Assembly (NCBI GenBank): GCA_964016885.1
Contig: OZ024752.1
Coordinates: 44,268,001-44,332,000 of the forward strand
Direction: 5' to 3'
Source: Eledone cirrhosa
Lineage: Eukaryota
Length of the DNA: 64,000 nt
This document shows, piece by piece, positions 1 to 13,800 of the stretch. Below the pieces are notes generated by a model. It searched no databases. It saw only the letters and a program-made list of their open reading frames with translations, and was not told the origin of the DNA. The first letter of the stretch is position 1. Every line of letters begins with the position of its first letter. The translations under genes were made by a program, and so were the position numbers.

Positions 1-878
1 TGTCATTGCTAATTACACGACATGTTTTTCCTGGATGATGGGATGTTTGGTGTGAATGTACCCATACATATGTTGGCTATCCCAGGGCTAATTATTACTT
101 GAAGTCATTAAAAGATTGTATAAACAATGTTTTAAATTAACATAAAAGATAAGGATTGTGACTATTTAAAAGAGGAGTTCTACAGGAGTGGGGGTAGTTC
201 TGAGTGATATTATGGTGAAACAAAATGACCTGAATATTTCTTTGTGTGCTCATCTTCCTGCCAACTAAGGGTCCTCATAACTTAACTAGCACAGGGCCTC
301 GTCCTAAATCTGGCAAGCAGTATATGTAGGCAGTTTGAAGAGAATTTAAAGGGGAATATTTTTCTTTATATCTAATATGATTGTAAAGATTGAACACTTT
401 CGGAATCATATTGATTTCTTTTGATTTCTTTGCTTCTCTTTTCTAATGACCTTGTGCATCTTATTTCTCTTTTCTTTGTGATAACCTAATTTAGATCATA
501 CAATATATATTAACACTAATGACTCATATACTAAGGTGTATATATTTATACCTGCAATTAATCATTTAGAGTATATATATATATATATATAGTATTTGAC
601 AATATTATATTTGAAGTATGTAAAGTAGAAAAGAGAAACTGTAAAATCGGGTTTAATTTTCCTGAACTATTGTTAATAAATTCACAGGAACATTAATGGT
701 TATTCAAGGATATTAGGAGTAGCAGACTAACTCATATTACACTGTAGATCACTGCCTGAAAATAATATTGTTGTTCTCCATCATAACAACCACTAGACCA
801 CATGGTACACTAGTAAGGTGGGTTGTCTGGTAGAATAGAATCTTAAGAATGTTAGGCTGTAAAGTTGACTTTCCAAAC

Positions 879-1076
879 TTAACCCTTTAGTATTTAAACC
901 AACCATATCCGGACAGAATTCTCTCACCTCTTTTTGTTCAAACCGGCCATAACCAGCTATTCATACTGATGTTAAGATATTGTTCTCAAAATAAATATCA
1001 AAATCTCATAGATTTGATATTATGTGAGATAATTATGAGGTAAAGCTTTAGAGTAATGTAAATGTTAACGAGTTAA
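879..1076 (+). mobile_element. piggyBac-type MITE copy
   Basis: ttaa|ccctttagtattta ... gttaacgag|ttaa; internal match to the 32441 copy. Confidence 0.8.
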
Positions 1077-1513
1077 GACAGTGTAAATGATTGATTACAT
1101 AAGCTGTATTACTGAACTCCTCATAGCCAATGATCCATGGAACCGTCCATGGCTCAGTAGCAAATGATCTGTGGCCCGGTGGTTGGGGGCCTCTGTTGGA
1201 ATCATATTTCTGTTATTTGGTTTTCAAATATATAAAAAAGTGTTACCAGGGTAAAACCAAATATAAAAATATATATTCTTGATATGCACTAAAAAACCTG
1301 ATATGTAAAAAGTTAACAGTGACTGCTGTTAACTATATATCTTGTTATTGATCAGTGTGTATATCATGTTATTGATCAGTGTGTCGTGTTACAGTAAGAT
1401 GCTGCTAAAAATACCAGTTCTTGTCTGATCAGTCAAGATAGTATTTCAATGAATAGCTGAAAACTGATCTTAACATTAATTTGTGAAAGTCAATAGATTC
1501 TCAAGCTAATGAT

Positions 1514-1914
1514 TCTGAATGTGGGGAGTTTGTCCCCACAGAGAAGCACTCAGAGTGTGGGGGGTTTGTCCCCACAGAGAAGCACTCAGAGTGTGGGGAG
1601 TTTGTCCCCACAGAGAAGCACTCAGAGTGTGGGGAGTTTGTCCCCACAGAGAAGCACTCAGTGTGGGGAGTTTGTCCCCACAGAGAAGCACTCAGAGTGT
1701 GGGGGGTTTGTCCCCACAGGGAAGCACTCTGAATGTGGGGGGTTTGTCCCCACAGGGAAGCACTCTGAATGTGGGGGGTTTGACCTCACAGGGAAGCACT
1801 CTGAATGTGGGGGGTTTGTCCCCACAGGGAAGCACTCTGAATGTGGGGGGTTTGTCCCCACAGGGAAGCACTCTGAATGTGGGTGCTTGCCTCCACAGGG
1901 AAGCACTATGAATG
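1514..1914. repeat. 36-bp minisatellite, about 11 copies
   Basis: Unit gaatgtggggggtttgtccccacagggaagcactct. Confidence 0.95.
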
Positions 1915-2472
1915 TTTGGGGGTGGGTGGGGAATAAGGGAACTTTTTATTTTCCAGTTCTACATATCTTAAATGAAATTATGATGGAAGAATTTATTTAA
2001 TTTAAATCTGAACACTTTAAAATAGATTTCTCTATCAGAGAACCAGAGGCAGTTTCTGGCAGGGTAGAAATAAGTGTTGTTAGTTATCTTACATTGGCAG
2101 ATAGTTGTCTTAGAATATAAGGTCACCAGAATTGTTGATGTGGGGCGAATAGGGAGAGGAGGGGGGCTTCATTAAAAAAAAAAAAACATTAAAAAAATTT
2201 TTTTTTAACTTTTAAAAGACTAATTAGAAAGAAATTGTTTTGTATAACTAACTATCTCTGGAAAAATCTCTAAGTGGTTTCATACTCTGTACAACTGACT
2301 ATGTGTGTGGTGTGGTGTGGTGGGGTGGGGTGGTGAACTTGTCAATTTGTTTGCTACGGATACTTTGATATAATCTAATGATTGTTTTCCTCACACACTT
2401 ATACATATGGTTCTTTGTTTATATTTTTTATTGTTTTGAAATAATACATGCTGTGTTAGTAGTTTCCTATTT

Positions 2473-2613
2473 GGTCAGTACTATAAAATAGTCAGTACTA
2501 TAAAATGGTCAGTACTATAAAATAGTCAGTACTATAAAATGGTCAGTACTATAAAATAGTCAGTACTATAAAATGGTCAGTACTATAAAATGGTCAGTAC
2601 TATAAATGGTCAG
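2473..2613. repeat. Short-period (about 17-bp) minisatellite
   Basis: (g/a)gtcagtactataaaat repeated about 8 times. Confidence 0.9.
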
Positions 2614-2794
2614 CCTGTGAAACAACTTAGTTCTTTGGTATTGACCAATTTTTAACTTTTCAGTATTTACTGTTGAATAAATCCACAGATGTTTCTTAGT
2701 GTTGATATACTTCTCAACTTCTTTCATCTTTAGTATGAGATTATATCTATAATTTATCATTGAATTACACTGGTCAGCTTTTAAAAATATATCC

Positions 2795-3125
2795 ATGGAC
2801 CCGTAATTCCTGATAGTCATCGGAGCATTGTCATGACATGCTGTGTCATGTTTTGGGATATTTAAACCTGATGGAGCCCACATTACACTTCAGGTCTGAA
2901 CACCTCCAATTTCTTCCAGAGAAGGAGTGGGAGAGAGAGGAAGAAGTGAGAAAGAGATATAAAGGAAGAAATGACCCCAGTACCAGCCAAACTAGTACTT
3001 TTATTGACCTTGAAAGGATGAAAGGCAAAGTTGACTTTGGCAAGATTTTAAATCATAGAGTGCAGGGAACTGAAATAAACACCACAAGACATTCTCTCCA
3101 ACTTTCTAACAACTCTGCTAATTTA
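2795..3125 (-). mobile_element. SINE family A variant with long alternative tail
   Basis: Same core, followed by a TC-rich linker and a gaagaaat...tcagacctgaag...gggctccatcagg tail. Related pieces at about 8865-9100(-), 26380-26630(+), 28430-28640(+), 43110-43235(+) and 45985-46155(-). Confidence 0.7.
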
Positions 3126-4049
3126 CCTCCTGAAAACTGTACATAGGAGAATAATTATTAAGTTGAGAGCTGTTTTAATATCAAACTGGCTCCAAACATA
3201 AATCAGGTGAGAGATAAGATAAAGATGTTTGGCAAAAGGAAAGGTTTTGATAATTTCAATGTAAAGAGATTATTCCAGTGGAACTGGAAGGCGTTATAAA
3301 GTGGTCTATTTTCAAATTCCTATCTAGTATAACATAATTGTTCTTTGTTAGAACTGTGTGTGTAAGAAGTGTAAATAGTTTAAGAATTATTGATGTGAAG
3401 GTGTGTGGCTTTCTGGTTAAGGTATTCGGCTCACAACCATAAAGTTCTGAGTTCGATTGAGTCAATAAAATTAAGTACCCATGAAATTATTATAGTGTCA
3501 AAAATTATTTCCATACATTTAATGTCATTAATTTAAGGACTAGTAGTCATAGTGGACAATAAAAGGTCTGTGGACCATTCAATAAGCTGTGGCCCATATA
3601 TTAGCCCAGTGGCCCAGTAAAAATTATAAAATTTCTGTGACCCACCTTTGACATGGCCCATTTTAGCCATGTGGCCATAGGTTGGGAAACACTGATCTAG
3701 TCTACCATAGTTGTAACTCCTCTGTATATCAACTGATAGCTTTTATACCCAGCTACACTCTCAATTGATTTTTCACTCTGTCATTCATTGATGTTACTCA
3801 TTCAGCTAATTATATATGAATCATTTCTTTCTAGTCTCCATATAGATCTTTCACATTCACTACCTACTCTTTACATCTCGTGTAGACTGCTTTTGCACAT
3901 ACGTGTGCATGCACGTGCATGCATGCACACACAAAAGAAATCATTTGTTGTCAACTAAAGTACAACTCCATGAATTTCTTCAGCCCTACTCTAAATATTA
4001 AGCCCTCTTTGTTAATATTACTAATATGGTCATCTAAGTAACAGAAATT

Positions 4050-4400
4050 ATATTTTAGAGAACTACCTGGTCAGTTAATGGTCATTATGACCCTACTGCC
4101 AACATTACACATCCAATGGGGCATATATACTTCATTTCTTTCCAGTTGTGGTAAATCTATATTTCAAGATCCATGTCTCACTGCCATGTAGCTGTCCAAA
4201 CATCATATAATCTGCACATCACTCTGAGAGTAGAGGTATGAATTTCCTCAACTTCTGCCCTCTTCTTACTTTGACTATATCACTTTCATTACATCCACCT
4301 CAACTATTGATGCAGTCACCTAGGTAGCAAAAAGCTATCTACTACTTCTAGTGACCCTTCCAAGCATTTGAGGGAATTAATTTCACAAGTAACCCTGCTG
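4050..4400 (-). mobile_element. Old RTE RT fragment
   Basis: Minus strand gives a frameshifted EVVDSF-YLGD...GC-ES...PLL block. Confidence 0.55.
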
Positions 4401-4423
4401 TTGACTACTCCTGCTACATATGA

Positions 4424-4750
4424 AGTCTACCGTCTCTGTCAGTCTACCGTCTCTGTCAGTCTACCGTCTCTGTCAGTCTACCGTCTCTGACAAGTCTACC
4501 GTCTGTCAGTCTACCGTCTGTCAGTCTACCGTCTCTGTCAGTCTACCGTCTCTGTCAGTCTACCATCTCTGTCAGTCTACCATCTCTGTCAGTCTACCGT
4601 CTCTGTCAGTCTACCATCTCTGTCAGTCTACCGTCTCTGTCAAGTCTACCGTCTCTGTCAGTCTACCGTCTCTGTCAGTCTACCGTCTCTGTCAGTCTAC
4701 CGTCTCTGTCAGTCTACCGTCTCTGTCAGTCTACCGTCTCTGTCATCTAC
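4424..4750. repeat. 17-bp minisatellite
   Basis: agtctaccgtctctgtc repeated about 19 times. Confidence 0.95.
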
Positions 4751-7700
4751 CTATCATCCCACTATTCCACCTGTATGTCTAGTGTACACCTTCAGTATTA
4801 TGTTCAGTCTCTACCTACTCCTTTTCCGTATATTAAGCACAGCCATTTCCCTGATGATATCCAAGTCTTACCCTCTATTTTAGTCTTTGTTAGGTTTATT
4901 TGGTGGCCCTTTCATTCCAGATTTTGTTTTCATATTTGGAACTTCTACTTCAAGAGTTCTTCTACAGTTTCAGGTACGAGGGCTGATTATAGCATACAAG
5001 AGCTCCCAGGATGAGACTGAGGACTGAGCCTTGTCGACTCAGGCCTGCACACTAAATTCATTGCTGCACTCATTATTGTCTCACACTTATGAACGATAGG
5101 ATGTTAAACCTTACAAAACCATAGCAAAAAATAACATACACTGTAATAGAGTTAATAAGGTTTTCTGCAAAAGTCATCTGACGAAGGATTATGTGGCATA
5201 AAAAGGGGGATGTAAAATGCTGATGTTATTGATAATAATCACGTATATCTGCAAACTGTTGCATAATTAAATTGAAGTGGCATTACTCTTAGAAAGACAA
5301 CAATAATATCATTTAAATTCTATTTCCTATCAACTCAGAAAAATTGTTTAATATAGTGGTGGGTGGGATCCTTAGAATATAAACTAGATACTTTGTCTTG
5401 ATAAAACTTTATAGAGAGGACACACAGGATTTCATAGTGGAGATGAAACTATTTCTCCCATACAGTTGTGTATGTATGTGTAATTGAATTGCTAACCATC
5501 ATTTAGTTTATTCTTTTAATTAAGCAGTTTTTTCAGATCAGAACTTTCCAAACTTTTCACATTGATGACATATTTAAAAAAAAAACACACAAAAAAATTC
5601 ATGATACAAATTTAGTTTGAAATCAACAAATGAAATAATGAAATATCATATCATGTGTGACCAATCACATGTCTATTGTATGTAGAGTTATGTCAATTAT
5701 ACTTCACAGCGAAATAGTTGTGAAGATTGATCAGATTAGAGTTAATTTTGTGATATTGCTAGAGATCTTTGGCAATACACAGAAATATTGCAACACTGTT
5801 TTGAAACTTCTCTTTTACATCTTCTGGAAATTAGGTTTTATTTTTAAAAACATAATATCGAATCTACGAGATTTTGATATTATTTATTTTGAGAACAATA
5901 CCTTAGCATCAGTATGAGCAGCCAGTTATGTCTAGTTTGAACAGAAAGAGGTGAGAGAATTCTGGCTGGATACAAGCAGTTTAAATGCTAATTTGAACTG
6001 AAAACCTTCAGCTTTATTTTAATCTATATATATTCTCTAAACTATTGACTGATAACTAAGTAAAATGGTTAATGTTAAGTATTTAGTTGTAGTTAATATC
6101 AGAATTAGTGGTCTGTGATATTTACCTGTTTTGGAGATATTTTGTTTGTAGTTTTATTTTAGTTTATGCATAATGTTGTTGTTGTTGTATGACATATGTA
6201 CAGGGGTGAGGGAGGCAGATCAAGATTGGTGAGTTAGACTAAGTAGTATTATAGATTACCTCCAGGCGGCTGTTTATGTATCAGAGAGAAACCTTTTTTT
6301 TTTTATTATTTTGTGATAAGGTTATCTGGAAACAGTTTCTGAAGAAAATCAGCAAAAATCTCATAATTTTCTGTAAAAATACATTTAACTATGACCTTGC
6401 AGTTTTTCTACTTCTTCATATCAATAATGCTAAATATAGAACCTCTCGCGCACTTATTCTTCAGTTTCATCATTAAATTGATTTTGCTTACATTTATTTT
6501 AGGTTTAGACTTGGTTGTGTTGTTAAGCAGTTTACTTCCCAGCCACACAGTCTTCGGTTCCATTCCACTGTGTGACACATTGGGCAAGTGTCTTCTTCTA
6601 TAATCTTAGGCAAATCATTACCGAAACACTGAGGAAGCCAATCATATCTGCATGTATGTTTGTCTCTTCTCTTTGCATTCAACATTGCAGGCAGTGATGT
6701 TTGTTTGTTCTTCATTAACAGAGATCCTGCTGGTCAGCAATTAGATTTAAAATCTGTATCTTACTTAGAATAAAACAAAGAAGGGTTGGTGTCAGGAAGA
6801 GCATCCAGCCAGAGAATTCAGCCTCAAAAAGTGTTGTCCAAATCTACACCAGCATGGAAAAACGGACAGAAAACTGATAAGGATGATTATATTTATGTTT
6901 GCATGGATGAAATAAGATAAATTTCAATAAATGTAGGTACTTGCATATTATTATTATCACAGCTAGATGAGTTTTATTGCTAACCACCTAACCTTGAAAT
7001 AATTGTCTAAAGTTGGCACCTGCTGTCAGAAAAACTGATGTAAGCAGATTAATACAGTTTGTTGTTGAGGCTCAACTTAACAACCCTTTGAAAGATTTGA
7101 AATGTGAAATTTGGCTTGTATTTAACTTCTGATTATTAAATCTGTACTAGGAACCACAGGTGTATTTAGCTTCTAATTGATCATCAAATGGAGCTTCATC
7201 ATCATCATCAGCTTGAAGAAGGCAATAATATGCTAACTCCAACTAAATGGGTTCTTAAAATGACAATATGAGACACATTACATAAAAACACAGAAATAGT
7301 TATCAGAAATATAAAGTTGTACACTCTGAAATATAAAGTTATACACTCTGTAATATAAAGTTATACACTGTGTTATACACTCTGTTATACATTCTGTAAT
7401 ATAAAGTTGTACACTCTGTTATACACTCTGTAATATAAAGTTGTTCACTCTGAAATTCTTGGAGGTTTTCATATTTTGATCCTTTATTTATGATTGATTT
7501 TGCAATTAAAAGCTAATAAAAACTTCCATGATATTTTAAAGTATATCATTAGTCTAGTATTTACTTATGTTTTGCTTATATTTCCTCTCCTTAAAGGCAT
7601 GTTTTCAAATAAACGTGAATCACTTCCTCATAAAATGCCAGACTCTATTATTAAGTAGAAAGAAAAGATATGTGGAAAATGTGAATCAGTTAATTGATAT

Positions 7701-7991
7701 TCTAGCTATCATTTAATTGTGCTGAAATAATGATTCAAATGACTTTTAGATTCTCTTTGAAAGAATCTGGATTTTCAGACAGTATTTGGTATTTAATATT
7801 TCCTACAACGAAAGATTAGATAAAAATGTAAATGAAGTTAACTTTAAATTGATATTATTATAGATATTTTAAAGCTCTTAATTGAACAGAATTAAATGAC
7901 AAGCTTGGAAGGAATGGCATTAAGGGCACAACATCATCATCATTGTTTTTATGTCCACCTTTCCACGCTTGCATGGGTTGGACCAATAGGT

Positions 7992-8189
7992 CAGTATATA
8001 TTTAAATATAAGCTGACCCCCACAATTTTATGTCAGAGAAATGGACAAAAGTCCAAATCGTTTTTAAATAGAATTTGAAGTTGGTAAAAATTGTCAAAAT
8101 ATCAACCCTAAATACAAGCCCCCCCCCCCCCATTGATTTGGGGGGGGGGGGTCACATATTCCTCGGTTTATATTTGAGTATATATGGTA
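7992..8189. mobile_element. Degenerate pogo/Tigger-like MITE
   Basis: Right end cggtttatatttgagtatatatggta resembles pogo TIRs; left end is a decayed complement. Confidence 0.45.
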
Positions 8190-9464
8190 GTTTTTATCCC
8201 TGACTGTAGAAACCATTAAACAATCTTAGTCTCCTCCCTCCCCCCTAACAATCTGAGATTCCGTGTCTAAGAAATCAATATAGAATTTAAAGTCGGTCAG
8301 ATGTGGTGATAAATTTCTTTTCTAGAATATAATGCTTTATTGGTAAATTCTATTTCTTATGCTTCTTTTACCTAAACACCTTGGATATTTTATTAGCAAG
8401 ATAACCTCAGCAGATTCCCTTCAATGGTAATTGTTTAATTGATAATAAATATATTAATTGATAATAAATATATTTAGAGTTATTCATGGGATTCTTTTAA
8501 ATCAAAATTTTGATTGAAATTTTCATTTGTTTGTTGGAACTGTTTAGTTTTATGGAAAATATATTTGAAAGCAACTTTTAGAAAACATTATTTATATTTT
8601 TATACTTCAGAATATTTTAATCCTATTTCTAAAGCAAACTTATTTTTCTATGAAATGGTATAGTAAAATGGATCTCTGGATGTTAAATTAAAATGTGTTC
8701 TCTCGTTCTTTAACATTTCTAATGAAATACACTCTATTTTAATTAATTAATGAAAAATTTTGAGGGATTTATAAAATTATTAATTTTTTTCATTACTAAG
8801 ATAGTAACTTAATGTAAGGTTCTTATATAAAATTATGTTGGAAGGTTTAATAATTTAAATAGAACCAGAGCCGGTTTTGGCCAAATACAGCAGATTTCCT
8901 CCAGAGAAGGATTGAGAGTGAGAGAGAGAAAGTGAGAAAAAGATATTGAGGAAGAATCGACCCAGTACTTGACTGGTACTTTTTTTTATCAACATTGATA
9001 GATGAAAGGCAAAGTTGACCTCAGTGGGGTTTGAACTCTGGGAGTAGATAATCGGAATGCCACAAAGCATTCTATCGGACATGCTAAAGACTCTGCCAGT
9101 ATGCCACCTACCTTCACCTCTAGAGAAGTGAAGTAGAATACCTTGAGATATGTTTATGTGAAATACACTTTATAGCAGTGCTTTTATCAATGGTCGGAAA
9201 ATGACTAGCATGAATTTGGTGTGTTACAAGTTATTATCATATCAACCCATATGTAAGTCACACCCTCATTTAACATACAATACACTTTATATTTTGAATT
9301 GAGGTTTTGTTGACCCAGTAGAGGAGTCACATACTCGTTTTTCATGTGTTTTTTTTTTTTGTGGCAAAAGGTGTAACACACGATTGTGGGTGGTATTTAA
9401 TATGGTTCATTTTTATTATTAACTTTGTCTCTGAGGATTGTAATAGTAAACATTTTTTTCAATT

Positions 9465-9689
9465 TTAATCCTTTAACATTTACATTACTCTGGATTTACT
9501 TTTGTTTTTACACGGTAAAGGGTTTACCTCACATAATCAGCTCACATAATATTGAAGGTATGAGATCCTGATGTTATTTATTTTGAGAACAATACCTTAA
9601 CATTAGTATGGGTGGCCAATTATGGCCGGTTTGGACAGAAAAAGGTGAGAGAATTCTGGCTGGATATGGCCTGTTTAAATGCTAAAGGG
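9465..9689 (-). mobile_element. piggyBac-type MITE copy
   Basis: Reverse-orientation match; another partial copy lies at about 5850-5990. Confidence 0.75.
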
Positions 9690-12343
9690 TGGGAAGTTAG
9701 TTGATAGGTTTGGTTAAGATTTTGAAGGAGAAAATGACTAAATTGTTGATTGGCACAAATAAAACCACCAAAACCTGTAGTATGGTCAGATTCTGTAACA
9801 ACAATCATACCTACCACATCATCCCTTACATGGTGTATATAACAAGGGGCACATTCAGGCCTTAGATAAAGGGACCCATTTGATAAATATATGACAGTCA
9901 CCATCTAATGCTGAAAAGACTGGCTTTGGGCCTGCAACCTGTCCTAGGAAATGTGAGATGGATTCACAAAGATTTGCATATCCCAACACACCAAAGAGGG
10001 TTCTGAAAGAAGCAAGCATTATGAAATTCAAATCTATTAAATAGTTTTATTAACTGTAGGAAAATAATTCTTATTTTTCTTATTATATTCAAGAAGAATC
10101 ATTTGCAAGTTAAGTAACCCAACTTCAGTTTCAAGTCTTTGCAAAAGTAAACATTCTTGAATGAGGTTTTAGTCATTAGAAGTCTAAGGTATCCAAGTAT
10201 TTGGAACAGGGCATAACATTAATTAAGACATTTTCCAATTCATTCCGCAAACTGACATCATGGCTTTCCAATTAGTTTTAATTATTACAAGAAAATTACT
10301 TTATAAAATGTTAAAAAGTGATTAAGCACTAAATGTCTAATTGTTTAGAGGCTGGAATTGAGGTGCTATATTTAATACTTTTTAACTTATTGAACAGATC
10401 AATTCTTGGAGCAGAAATATTGATATTTTCTAAATGATAATCACTTGCTCATCATCATCACCATCATCACCGTTTAATGTCCATGTTTCCATGCTAGCAT
10501 GGGTTAGACGAGTTGTCCTGTTGTGAGACAAGCCAGGGAAAGGTGCTTGTGGATTGGAGAGGTAGATCTAGGGTGGGGGACTTATCAAGGGAGGGGTCGC
10601 GAAACATTGTACACACACACACACACACACAATTAAGGACTTCCCTAAACTGGAAAATCTGATTAGCATAAATAGTGTATTTCTGGCAGCTTCTTCAATT
10701 AATTAGTTAATTACTATGTTAGCATTTTTCAGACTAATTATACTATTGTAGTCATAGTTCCACTTCCACGGCTAATTCTCTTTAGAAAAACACTTTATTA
10801 TCTAGCTATATACTACTATACTCTATACTACTATACTATATACTACTATACTATATACTACTATATACTATTAGAGTTTATTCATATTATACACATTAGA
10901 TAAGTAAAACTGAAATTACTGAGTGTAGACTGGATTATCAAGTCAGTGTTTTTTTTAGGTTAAACCTACCTCAGAACTGGTAGAGTACACTTAATTGTGT
11001 CTCATCTAGCTGCTAAGAATAAGTAGCAGATCATCTTGGAATATTATCAGCTATATACTGGCACCCTCTCTCAACAAATATTTGTGTCACCTCTGTTTAA
11101 AGACATGAAATCAGATATATGCACCAGCTTTTAAAAGCACCTTCAGACTTAGCAGACATTTTGCATTTTTATAATATATTTGTAAATTACATTTGCATTA
11201 GATATTACAGAAAGTAACTTTGAGAAAACATATGTTCAATAATTATATAAATATTTTGAATAGATGAGTTATGAAATTGTCAACTATTTAAGATTTATCA
11301 TTCAAAAATGTTAATCCAGCCATAGTTTACATATATCATCATCATCATCCTCATCGTTTAATGTCCATTTTCCACACTAGCATGGGTAGGACAGACTATT
11401 CCTTTGAAAGAGATCAGGTCGGAGGACCGTGATTCACTGGATGTCCTACCTAACATCAACCACATTTACAGTGTGGACTGGGAGCTTTTGTCATGTCACC
11501 AACACGACCCACTTGACAGATATTATATTTTATATTTTAAGATGTTATATAAATAAACTGGGGTATATTTCTGGTTCTGTTTTCTCTATTTACATATTTC
11601 AATAGATTTTTGGTTAAGATAAACAAGTAACTTATCAAAGACATGGAAGAACATTGAAATGGTAAACGTATCTTAAAACCATATTAAACCATATCAGACT
11701 TCTCACATTCAGATGTCAACAGATTGTTTTATATAATAGTTTGGTTGTGTTTTTGTTTTGTTTTTTAAGTCTGTTAATTAAGAAAATGAAGGTGGGGTGT
11801 TTGGAAAATGGCAGCCACTTAACTCTCTCTCAAGTTTAATCAAGAGTGATTTCTTCATGTGTGATTTCTTCAGTCAGCTGAGCCTGTGACTCAAATTATT
11901 TCACTATTTTCAGTGGAACATTAGATAATGTTATGCCAAGTATTGAAATAACATTACTTTAAATCATTTCACTCTATTTTCAAAGAGACCGTAAGTAATG
12001 GTATGTCCAGTTTTGAAATAAAGATTCTTGGATAACGCTATATCTGGTATTGAAATAACATTACTTTAAATCCTAGTTAATGGTATGTCCAGTATTAAAA
12101 TTACAAAGTATTTTGGTTGTTGGCATGAGGAAATTTGTATCAGTCATCATATGATGAAGCTTTTATTCCATGATAGTCAGTCAATTGGTTACATCCGGAA
12201 GCTGTCCGTTATATTCTTAACTGAGTTTGCTTTGTTTAAAGAGAAATAATTGTTTTTTTCTTTTTCCCTTCAGTGAGAGGATCACAGTACAAAACATTAA
12301 ATACACAATTTCTATTTCTTCCTTACAAAGTAAAATTAATAAT

Positions 12344-12494
12344 TACAGTGTAGTCCTGGCATTCGTGGTCCTGCCATTTGCAGTCCTGGTTATTCGTGGA
12401 ATTTTCCTTAGTATCTAACTAATAATTGTTCATGGAAACCACTGCTTATTCACAGAATTGTAAATATCTTCCGCGAATACTGGAAGACAACTGT
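12344..12494. mobile_element. Degenerate Tigger-like MITE
   Basis: tacagtgtagtcctggcattcgtgg ... ccgcgaatactggaagacaactgt: imperfect inverted ends. Confidence 0.45.
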
Positions 12495-13504
12495 TTATAC
12501 TATGTTGGTGATTGTTGACATGATAAATACTGTGGTTGGTAATTGGAAGGACATCCAACCATAGAAAACCTGGCTAAGACATGACAGACTTCCTAGGGCT
12601 GCTGCTATGATAAACTGCACTCAGTAAAGTACTGGATTGTATTTAAGAAAGATGCAGGCTCGTCCGAGCACTCAGTAGAGTACAGGGACTCTGTCCATCT
12701 GAGTGGCCAGTACTGCCACTGGAGTACTGACTCAGTCTGTTGATGACCTGTCCAACCAGGGAAAACAGATGTTAAATGATGAGGATGTGTTACCGATAAG
12801 ACTTAGACTTCTAGACTATTACACCTAATCCAGTTTACATTGGTTATTTCATTCCATACTTATTGATGATGACAATTATTGTCTGGGGGAACTTGACCCT
12901 AGTGTAAGGCCAAATATGGAGAATCTGTGGAGGATCAATTGCTCAGAACTCCGAAATATCAACGACTTAAACAGTAGAATTCCTTTCTTATATATTTCCC
13001 ATTACATAATCACTTCAGTATCCTGCTTTTAGTTTTCCATTTACCACACACACACACACACACTGTACTCTCTCCCTTCGTCCCTCCTCTCTCTTCCTTC
13101 GTCCCTCCTCTCTCTCTCTTTTTGTCTCCTACTCTCCCACTTGTACTCTCTCTCTCTCGCTCTACATCATAAGAAATTTGAACTACTCTCTTAGTGGATA
13201 ATGATTACATTTTTACCAGCTTACTACAGTACAATGTGAGAAAAGAGATGAAAGCAGTTTCCTGTTGAACCAATAACTTTAACTTCTTCCCTTGCTTTCT
13301 GTGTTCCTACTAACTTCATATAAAACACTTTCTATTTTGTTTGTCCCAGACACATAAAGCTACTATTAATTTATTGTAAAAAGATATGTGTGTGTATATA
13401 TGTCATTTTAATGGACTTAGAAAAAATACTAGAATTCCGGTGAAAATGTATTTCAATAGCTCATCAACTCATACTACTTAGTCCACATTTTTCCACTAGT
13501 AACA

Positions 13505-13800
13505 TCACTCAGTGGTTAGAGTACTGGGCTTGCAATTGCAAGGTTGGGAGTTTTATTCCTGGACCGGATGATGTGTTGTGTCCTTGAGCAAGACACTTTA
13601 TTTCACGTTTCTCCAGTTCACTTAACTGTAGAAATGAGTTAGGAAGGTAAGGCAATTTTTAGAGCTGCCAAAATTGATGCAGATGAGGAAGGAATCCTGA
13701 AACCAGAGACCTGGCTTGAGTGCTTACAACAGAGTGGATTCTACTAAAGGCACCGAGGGGCCTGGTGGTGGTGTTAAACTGGGTAACTGATGAAGTTTAC
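13505..13800 (+). mobile_element. tRNA-derived SINE (family B) with tgtgtccttgagcaagacactt core
   Basis: ctcagtggttagag head and decayed B box; similar copies at about 27697-27820 and 6510-6620. Confidence 0.7.

Noticed and set aside
1514-1914. CRISPR-like array (36-bp palindromic repeats)
   Set aside because: Units are head-to-tail with no unique spacers, there are no cas genes, and the context is eukaryotic.
11606-11661. Possible upstream 5' UTR exon (aatag|...ATG|gtaaac)
   Set aside because: Plausible splice sites only. Its ATGs give a 4-codon ORF or are out of frame with exon 1, so it is unsupported without transcript data.
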